Shown piece after piece: positions 14,089-25,000 of a DNA stretch of 64,000 nt. Every line of letters starts with the position of its first letter. The stretch's first letter is position 1. The notes below the pieces were generated by a model. It ran no database searches. It was not told the DNA's origin and saw only the letters and a program-made list of their open reading frames with translations. The stretch lies in NCBI RefSeq assembly GCF_001194135.2, contig NC_068987.1, positions 15,693,319 to 15,757,318 of the forward strand. Reading direction: 5' to 3'. The position numbers were made by a program, and so were the translations under genes. Source of the DNA: Octopus bimaculoides. Taxonomy: Eukaryota.

Positions 14089-17000
14089 ATTCTACCTAAA
14101 TTTGTAGTCACCTGCTTATGTAAAACGTTGATTTATAAATCTTTGTTGTTACTACAATTAATAGAGCAGTATATTATCATTATTATTAATAAATACCATT
14201 ATTATTATTATTAATAATCATTAATTTTAATATGAATCCTCATTAATATTATTCTTAATGTAAATCATTAACAAGACTGTATAAATCCTTATTATTATTG
14301 AAATTATTATTATTATTAAAATATAACAATTATAATTAATACTATATATCATAAATATTAATTATATAAATCATCATTTGTATTATTTAATATAAATTAC
14401 AATAAAAATATTTCGTTCGCCAATTTATATCTATGCCCGGAACTATTATTATAACAATTATTATTGTCAATGTTGTTATTGTTATTATTATTATTTTTAT
14501 GGCAGTAAGCTGGCAGAATCGTTAGCCCATTGGACAAAATACTCTGCAGCATTTCACCTATCTTTTATGCTCTGAGTTCAAATTCCACCGAGGTCAACAT
14601 TGCCGTTCGTCTTTTTGCAGTCAATGAAATAAGTACCAGCTTTGGACTGGGGTCAATGTAATCGACTATACTCCTGTCCCCAAATTTCAGGCCTTGTGTC
14701 TATAGTAAAAAGGATTATTATTATTATTATTACTAACACGGTAAGCAGGCAGAAACATTAGTACGCCAGACAAAATGCTTTGCGGCATTTCTTTCGTCGT
14801 TACATTCTGAGTTCAAATTATGCTGAGATTGACTTTACCTTTCATCCTTTCAGGATTGATAAATTAAGGACCAGTTGAGCATTGTGATCGATGTAATCAA
14901 CTAACCCCCACCCCTAAATTTCAGGCCTTGTGCTTATTGTATAAAAGGATTATTATTATTATTATTATTATTATAATGTTCAAATTCCTCTTAGGTCGAC
15001 TTGGCCTTTCATCAATTGGAGTCGATAAATTAAGTACCAGTGAAACACGGGTCGATGTAATCGACTAATCCCCTCCCCCAAAATTTCAGGCCTTGTGCCT
15101 TTAGTAGAAAGTATTATTATTATTAATTATTAGGGTGGTAAGCTGGCAGAATTGTTAGCATGCCAGGCAAAATGCTTAGCAAACATTTCATTTATCTTTA
15201 TATTCTGAGTTCAAATTCCGCTGAGGTCGACTTTGCCTTTCATCCTTTTGGGGTCGATAAAATAAGTACAAGTTGAACACTGGGGTTGATTTAATCAACT
15301 TAGCCCCCCACCCACCCAACCTGCTGGCCATATGCCAAAATTTAAGCCATTATTGTCGTTATTATGATTATTGTGTTTGTTGTTGATATTCTTACCAGTA
15401 TTATTATTATTACCAATATTATCATTATTATTTTTGCTATTATTATTATTACTGGTATTATTATTATAATTATTGTTGTTGTTATTCTTAACATTATTAT
15501 TGTTGTTGTTGTGTTGTTATTGTTGTTGTTAGGGAAGCAGGGTTGTACAAACAGTACAATACTGGAGTAAATTTCTTCAGAAATAAACAACATTTAGCAA
15601 AATATAGCAGAGCAGCTTAAGCTTCTGTATTAATAAACACGAAATTCTGTCTGTCAGCCTGTTTGTCCAGGATCCCTGTCTACATTTGCTCTATATAGAC
15701 ATATACCTTTTTGGAATCAGGATGATCTCAGGATAGAAAACCTACCTTTTATTTGGTTCTTGAACATCCAGCATTGGGATCTGAATTAAAAGCATTTGGG
15801 TTGCTATTTCTAGCAGGTTGATTCACACCATCTTGTTTGGCGTTTGTCAGATGATGTCAGAGATCAAGACAGAGATAAATGACATTCACTTCATTAATTT
15901 TATGTTGAGATAAGAATGATGATGATGACGGTGATAAGAACTTTGGGACAAATTAGCCAACAGTTGAATGATTGCATTGCAGAATTAATTCTCATCTGTC
16001 CTTAACCTCTGACCAAGCACCACCTGGACATATAGTCATTATAGACATATTGTAGTCATGCTCTTTAGTTTTGGGTTGCAGGCCCAATTAGCCCTTCACA
16101 GGAGCTAGCTTAAAAGTTTGCATGGAGTGCAGCTTTTTAGCTAGTCATATATAAAAATCATATTATATCATTTGGACTGGTGCCTAGTATAGCAACATGC
16201 TTCACCTTGATTCAATATTCATAGCAAGGAATAACTTTGTGAAGCAATGGCATGGCTGTGTGGTTAAGAAGCTAATTTCCTAACTTCATGGTTTCGGGTT
16301 CAATCCCATTGTACATCACCTTGGGCAAGTGTCTTCTACTCCAGCACCAAGCTGATCACAACCTTGTGAGTGAACTAGGTTGACAGAAATTGAAAGGAGC
16401 CCCTTATAAATTTGTATATATTTATATATATTTATTTACTTATGTGGTGAGTGAGAGGGGAAGAGAAAGAGCGAAAGGACTAGAGTAAGGAAAGACTAAA
16501 GAAACTTCTGAAAATATTTTAAAGCATGCACAATGTGTAGTCGTTTTTTTTTTTTAAATGAACCTTTGAAGCTGTATTGTGTCCTTCGTCACATGACTGT
16601 GATATTGTATTCTCATTTATTTCTGTAATACCCCAATAATGATTTTTTTGCTTTTCAGTAAACATATGATATAAATATGATCTTATATTATCTATGACAG
16701 AAACCTGATATTGTTGTTATATCGTTTATCAAATTGGTTTGTTTTATATTGTTTGTGTTGTTCTGTTCATAATATGTATATTATATCTTTCATCCTATAA
16801 TCACAAGTATTGCAACAATATTGCAGTCTAAACAATGACTCTTTATCGATCTTGTAAATTGTATTATATTTCTTATAATCACTGGATATTTTTGGTTTTG
16901 CTTTTTGAGTGGGGGTTTTTTTTTTGATAATTTGTTTTATTTTATTGAGTGTTGAAATAGCTTTGGATGTGAACAAATATTTTTGAATGAATGTTATATT

Positions 17001-20000
17001 TATGTAGTTTGAACACTTAATTAGGTTATAATCATTATTATATTATTACATTGGTTGGAAAGGCGATGAGCTGGCAGAATCATTAGCACGCCAGGTAAAT
17101 TGCTTAAAAACATTTCATCCCTTTTTATGTTCTGAGTTCAAATTCCGCCGAGGTCGACTTTGCCTTTCATCCTTTCAGAGTTGATTAAATAAGTACCAGT
17201 TACATACTGAGGTTGATGTAATTGACTCCCCTCTGCCAAACTCTAGGCCTGGTGCCTATAGTAGAAAGGATTATTATATTGGTTGGAGCTGCAGAACTGG
17301 CAAATGCCTCTTTATAGAGTTGTCCAATTTAGAATACTCATCTACACAGCTATTATATTTTAGATGCCAGCTAGTATCTTCATCAGCATGGCAAAAGTGT
17401 CTGCAGTGCTAACTGTAATTGCTTTAAGCTGAGAGATGAACCATTCAGAAAGAATCAGAACAAATGCTTGGAACTTTTTGAGGGGAGAAAATATGAAGTT
17501 GGGAAATTTTAAGTCTTTCTCAAATGTTGTGTGTTTATAAACAGTTACTACATAAGAAATGTGAGGTTTGTTTATGCTGTATATATAAGGCTGAATGTTT
17601 ATACAGAAAAAATAAGAATTGGTTTTTAATTGTGGAACTCAAAGTAGATAAAGTTATAAATAATAATATATAGATATTGACAGTTCTATATTTAAGAGAT
17701 GAGGAATTATGTACATTATTTACATTTGACGGCTATGCCCACGGGCATATGGTGTAGTGGTTAAGAGCTTGAGCTACTAACCTCAAGATTCTGAGTTCAA
17801 TTCCAGGCAGTGACCTGAATAATGATAATAATAATAACATCGAAAAATACCCTAGGAATGAGAGACCAGGTCGGAAATTTCCCTCAAGACACCTGATGAA
17901 GGCTGAAGGGTATATCAACTGAAACGTTGTGTAACAACAAACAAGATGAGGACAAATATCCGTCAAATGTACATAATGTAAATAATGTATAGATATTGAG
18001 TTTAAAAAACCCATTTCATGAAGCAAAGTCAAAGGCTGACCATGGGACCCAAACCCACATCTTCCGTAAACACAAGGGTAACTTTTGACTTTTTCCATCC
18101 ATGGCATTTTTTGACCCTTTAGTGAGGAATCGAACATGAATCCAGTTTTCTTGTTTGTGTTGTGTTAAGCTGCATGTACGTTGGTGTGACAAATAACATT
18201 CAGTCAAAGTTTAGATAACAAGTTTTTATATAACTGCTTTTACGAAAGGGGTATAGGAAAGTGGGTTATACATCTTTTAGATGTATACCTGACTTTCCTA
18301 CATAAAATTAGAAATATAACGGAATGCTGAACTCCAGACTATCAACTTAAACAACATTTATTCAGGTGGTAAATATATAAATCTTTAGCTCTTGTTTGTT
18401 GTTACAGCTTCTGTGTGTGTGAGCTTGGTTGTTAGGACGTTGGTATGTAGATGTAAGCGAGCTGTCGAGCGTAAGTCTGAAAGATGGAGAGAGACAGCTA
18501 AACACGTCCATGCTCTATCGCTGGCCAGCAAGAAAGAGACAGAATGAAGCGGGAAAGCTTGCTTGTTGAATTCCACGCATGCGTGAGACTACGCATGCGC
18601 ACGGCGTTACTACAGGTGCATGTGAAATAGTAAAAGATGTACAAACGTGGTTGTTTCATGGCTAGTGAAAATTAGTTGGTCAGTAGTTGGCTGGACGATA
18701 AACCAGTTGGCATTAATGGTTAAAAGTTCGTCTTATGTGATTTGTGGGTACTACTAAAGCAGCGCGGACCCGAACGCGCAGTCGCGCGTCCGCGCTAGCT
18801 AGACGTGAGTGGTCGATCCTAACCCTAACCCTATTCCTAACCCTAACCCTATTCCTAACCCTAACCCTAACCCTATTCCTAACCCTATTCCTAACCCTAA
18901 CCCCAAACACGTATTCATTTGCACACGCGGGTTAGGGATAGGATCGACCACTCAAGACTAGCTAGTGCGGACGCGCGACTGCGCGTTCGGGTCCGCGCTG
19001 CTTTAGTAGTACCTGATTTGTGCTGGAACATAAGAGAATAAGGAATGTGCCAGCTACATAATGAGGTAGCTGTAATGGCTAAGAAAAAAACAAGCCAACC
19101 ACTCCAAGAGCCAGGAGTCATGAGCTCAGTCCAATTGTGAATCGTGCCGAATAAGATAAAAGAGACGAAATGTCCATCTAGAGTTTATATACCTTTCCAC
19201 CGGAAATGCTATGGCGCAAAGACTGCTGGGAGTACAGTACCCTCAAAGCGCCAACTTCCGACAACAGAGGAAGGGGATGTAACTCTGCTCTGTTCCTTTT
19301 ATTATTATTTAGCCATGACAACGCTTGCCACAACCCCATATGCTATTTGTAGCCTTATCTACTTTGAGCCTCACTATTAAAAATGACTTATTTCATGTCT
19401 CTCAAAATTTCTAAATTGCAATGACATAAATGAGAATTTGTGCTTATACAGGGTATACATGAGGCTCAAGTAGAGGCGCAATGACCTCGCGGTCATAGGA
19501 TCGCAGTTTCGATTCCCAGACCAGGCGTTGTGAGTGTTTATTGAGCGAAAACGCCTAAAGCTCCACGAGGCTCCGGCAGGGGATGGTGGCGAACCCTGCT
19601 GTACTCTTTCACCACAACTTTCTCTCACTCTTCCTTCCTGTTTCTGTTGTGCCTGTAATTCAAAGGGGCCAGCTTTGTCACACTGTGTCACGCTGAATAT
19701 CCCCGAGAACTACGTTAAGGGTACACGTATCTGTGGAGTGCTCAGCCACTTGCACGTTAATTTCACAAGCAGGCTGTTCCGTTGATCGGATCAACTGGAA
19801 CCCTCGACGTCGTAAGCGACGGAGTGCCAACAACATGAGGCTCAAAGTTTATACAGGAAATATAAGCAGTAATATTTATACAAAGACCATAGATCTTGGT
19901 GTTTATACAGGGAAATTGAGACTTAATGTTTATATAGGAAATATGATTGGTGTTTAGTGCTTAACAGGAAATATAAGGCTCATATGAGGGAACACGAGGC

Positions 20001-21984
20001 TAGATTCTCATATGGGAAATTTGAAGCCTGATGTTTATACAGGAAATATAAGGCTCAATGTTTATACAGGAAACTAAACTATTAAAAACTTGTATTTATT
20101 AGTATTTATTAACATTTTACTAATCTCTGAAATACTTAGTCTTTACTAATCTGATAAATACTCAATCCAGTCATTGATCTTTTCCTTTTCTCCTTTAATT
20201 TTCATTAACCTCCTTCATGACAGACATTTTGGTGATGTAATTTGCTATACAAGGGAGCTTCTATTTGATCATTCACCCATAAGCTTGGGGGGGGGGATGC
20301 AAGCACGACCCCCCAAGCTTATGGGTGAATGATCAAATAGAAGCTCCCTTGTATAGGTGAGGGGGCAATGAAAACAATTTCAACATCTTGGGTTGGACCT
20401 GTGTTTGCACCCACTAAGCAAATTTCATTCCCATACTGATGCCTTCACCTGCTGGAAAAAGCAGCCAAATTCCTCTCAACTTACACTCTACTGTCTTAAT
20501 TGAAGAAAGAATGCATTAGCTAGATGGGATGGTCATAAATGGAATGCCCTTGATCTTAAGCCTGCTTGATCAAGGTTGATTTGGAGCAACAGCAACAATC
20601 ACAGTAGCAACTCCAAACATATATGCTCATACACATACATACATCATAAACACACTTACACACATTGTAGATCATAAACATGCACACACGCACACACACA
20701 AATTATTTTTGAAATATCTTAAGCATTGCATCAATATTTAGACAAAACAATTCTGTCTGTAAAACACATCCGTCCAGCTCTTATGCAAAATGCTTCATGT
20801 GTGATATTTACCACAATCTGTCCTTAAAGAGCTGTCACTGTTATCTCCCTAATATTTTTTGCTTTCTTCATCACTTTATTTTGTAGTTGAAGTCTTTGAA
20901 CATATTGTTTTGGCTTGTTCCTGCTAATTCTTAATTGATTACTAACCACTTGATATTAACAAAATCATATAATCATGTTGACAATACTATGTTGCAGTCC
21001 TGTGGGCTTACACTGCAATGTATTAATGCTAAACAGTGTTAAGCAGTGCTTCAGTGTGTAGTGCAGATAACAGGGATGCATTGCAGTGGAGGTGCATGGC
21101 TTGTTGGTTAGGGTGTTAGACTTATGATTCTAAGATTTTGGCTTCAGTTCCTGGACTGGGTGATGCATTGTGTTCTTGAACAAAAAACTTCCTTTCACAT
21201 TGCTCCAGCCCACTCAGCTGGCAAAATAAGTAGTCCTGTCACAGTATAAGGCAAATGTTTTGTTAGTGCACAGTACAAACACTGCAAGGATACTCTCAAG
21301 GTTTCCTTAAATCCAGAATCATAGCACAGCATGACTGCTGAAAAATCTACCTGGCTCTGTCTTATAAGACATAGTGACATAGTCGTGGGAATAGACCAGG
21401 AACAGATGGGCTGAGTGAGTCCAGAGTTGCTAGTGCATTGACAAGGAAAGGGGATTGTTAGTCACTTCTGAATATATCATTGAGTGATATTTTGGTCATC
21501 ATTCATGTAGATGAATGAATAAGGATGTGTATGTATGTAGAGGAATATTGAAAACTTTCTTTTATCATTTGTTATGCACAAGCCTTAAAAAGTGTTTATT
21601 ATTATTATTCCTTTGTAACACAGTGTAGGTAAAAATGCACCGGAGTATTTAGTCATCTGTCAAGTCACAACAGGGACCTCAGACAGATAATACTTCCCTT
21701 AAGATGTGTGCTGTGCCCAATAAGGCTGCTTTTTGCAAGACATCAATCTTGCGTGGGATTTCCAGTTGCCTTAACAAGTCTTGAAGTTTCAATGGCATTG
21801 AGCCCAATACTCCGATCACCACTGGTGTCACTTTTACATTACCCTCTTGCATTCCATACAGTCTTGCCATTTCCACTTTCAATTCGGAGTACTTGGTGGT
21901 ATTTTCAACCTCTTTACTCACAACATTCATATAATTTGGTATAGTTACATCAATGATCTGACAGTATTTGTCTCTCTTACTCAA

Positions 21985-22035
<51 letters not shown>

Positions 22036-25000
22036 TACTAAGGCGGTGAGCTGGCAGAATCGTTAGCACGCTGGGCGAAATGCTTAGTGCTATTTCGTCT
22101 GTCGCTATGTTCTGAGTTCAAATTCCACTGAGGTCAACTTTGCCTTTCAGCCTTTCGGGGTCGATAATTTAAGTACCAGTGAAACACTGGGATCAATGTA
22201 ATTGACTTGTCCCCTCCCCACAAATTTCAGGCCTTGTGCCTATAGTAGAAAGGGTTATTATCACATTACTATGACACTTCAGTGTTGTGCATGATACTAA
22301 AACTATGATGTATTTTGATGAATTTATTGATATGCCTTGCATTTTCAACCACTTCCATTTCACTTATTTATGTTTTTTTACATTTTTTCTTTGTTTCTTT
22401 CTTTTCTTTATCATCTTCCATCCTGCTTTGCTCCTGGGCATTACATTTATTCATCTGCCGATTCTTCCCCCAAATGACATGCTTGTGATTGCTGTCCTCA
22501 TCAAATACAACTAAACAAACGTTTAACAAAAATTACAATGAAGAACGTACTGCCCCTGAAGACACTCATGACAGAATACGGCTTTCATTCACGGCCAAGG
22601 ACAAACACGAAGAGAAAGTATTTGCACGACTCAGTCGCTCTTATAAGGTTACTACTTAATCTTAATCCTGTTGTATTTAAATCTTAACCTTTTTTATTAC
22701 TATATCTCTGTTGAAATACAATGTCTTTGTTTCATTTAATTTGGTAATAATGAGGAATTCTGTAAATGATTTTGTCAGTATTAAACCAGTGTTTGGAACA
22801 AATTAATCTGAAATTTTGATGGAAGGTTTTAATTTAGATAATTTTTAAATGGGAAATTTGTATCATTGTCTCAGGCGGGTTGGTATCAAAAAGGTTAGTC
22901 TTTATTTTCAATCTCGTTTTTTTCACAAGCAATCAAAATCAGAAAATTAATTAGTTTACAGATTTGTATTAATTAATGTTTTCTAGTATAGTTTTGGTAA
23001 ATTCTATGATTCTATGTTGTCAAACTTTTCACAGCTTGAAAGGCAAGATAGCAAGATTGCATGATAAGTTGTTTTTATATCAGCAATACAGAGGAAAATT
23101 CTAACAAATACCAAATGATGACTTTGTGTTGAATGCTTCCCTTGAAAATAATAATTTTAGCCCTTTAACTGCAAATTTAAAATTTATGGTTATTCCTGTA
23201 ATGATGTTAAATATCTACCAAAAATTAGAATTGGTATTTCTTGCAAGTTACACTGCTTCAACAAACTTAATTTTGTGTCAACGAAAAATAATTTCAAACA
23301 TGACATTCCTCGTCAAAAGATAGATTTGTATAAAAATTGCTTTCCACAGTTAAAGTTAACAAAATTTTGAGTGGATATCTCTGATTTCTGCAGTAAAAGA
23401 GTTAAAATAATTTTTAAAGAAAATATCTAAGTATTTTATTTTATTGTTCTATTCTGTCTCATTTGAATAACAAACAGTCTAACAGGCAGCCTTCCACAAA
23501 GTTTCTGTCCATAAAATTTCATTCACATGCCTTGGGTTGATCTGAAGTATTATTTGTCCAAGAGGCAGTGCAGCAGATTTGAACCTAAAACTTTGTGACT
23601 GAGAAGTGAACTTCTTAACCATTTGATCATGTTGTGCATTATTGCATATAAACACTAATAATGCTAAATTGCTAGCATTTTAGTTATATATGCATTATAA
23701 TTATATTTATATTATTATTATTACCTATACAGAATTTTTTCCCTGCAGGCCACTTGATATGATCATTATTCTAAATAATGGTTTTATCCTTTATAAATAT
23801 ATATATATATATTAGATGAGGTGCCCCTGGGCAGAGCCAGTGGTTGGAACCAGTTACTCCTATCCATTCCCATCATGTGTTTGTAAACAAGTATGTATAT
23901 ATGATATAAGATATTTGTTTTTACATCAAACATCGTCCCTGCCCTTAAATCAGCTGAAAAAGACCAGTATTTATTTTCTCAAGCATATTGATGATTTAGG
24001 CATTTTAGGGTTAATTAATACTATTTGTTCCATGTCACACTTTTCATCATGTTAACCCTGTCTTGAATGACTTTATTCTTTAATGGTCAAGGACTAGTAA
24101 AACAATGATGTACAATATATCAGATAATCTTCTCTCTCCTCTCCCTTCTCCCTCCTATTGAAGTACCCATGACACCTATTTCTGTCCCTTTATCATACTC
24201 TAGCCTCTCATCATTTGGTACAAAGCCACCTCCCTCAATTCTACTCACCCCTCAGTTGAGTGGCCTTGTCTTGTTTTGTAAGTTATTTAGTGACCTCACT
24301 GCTGCAGGTGCCACATAAGAAAGCACTTAGTATATTCCTAAAGTGGTTGGCATTAAGAAGGACATCCAGCTGCAGAAACCATGCCAAAGCAAACAGCAGA
24401 GCTTCATGCATTCATGCAATCTTCCGACTTGCCAACTCCTTTCAAACCATTTGATGGTGCAGCTCTCAGGGTCATTGAGGCATACAAGCCGCCACACCAC
24501 ATCAAGAATTCGACCTTGTGTTAGAAGATGGTGTTTAGAACATAATTTAACATGGAATTTTGTTGCAAAGTTTTAAATCACTTTGAAATAGGAAGTTTGC
24601 ATCATAGGACCAAAGCCAATCTTGGGTGGGTTACTATCAAAGGGTTTAAAAGATTATCAGACACAGTTGTTCTCTTTTGGTATTTTCTACCTCTCATAGG
24701 CCAGTAACATATTTAGTTCCAACTTCTATCTAGCCCAAGATAATTTATTGGAAGAGGTTACCAAATTAACATTTAATGTCACTTTATCACTGAAGACCAG
24801 ATTAATTTTGTCGATGTTAAATCAGGAATAATTAAGAAATGATAATTAGGAAATTGTTGCATGAATATGAATTCAAGGTAAGGTTTATGAGTGTGAAGTT
24901 GTTCTTGATACTTATTTCTAATAAATTACCTCTTTTTTTTTTTTTCATTTCTAAGCATTTGTAATTTAGAGAAAATGAAAATATTTTCCTTATAACTTTG

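Noticed and set aside
14500-15345. Regularly spaced repeats suggestive of a CRISPR-like array
   Set aside because: The units are whole eukaryotic SINE copies joined by microsatellite, with no unique spacers and no cas genes.
15342-15593. Ile/Val-rich transmembrane-looking ORFs
   Set aside because: Derived from degenerate (ATT)n/(GTT)n trinucleotide repeats.
15861-15915. AG-preceded frame [11 protein letters not shown] resembling mammalian MQLKSEIKQ
   Set aside because: Wrong phase for the upstream exon, no convincing donor before the stop, and similarity too short.
22538-22647. Alternative ATG-initiated reading [15 protein letters not shown]... of the candidate exon
   Set aside because: It would end in phase 2, and neither downstream PHKA exon (27444, 34207) starts in phase 2.
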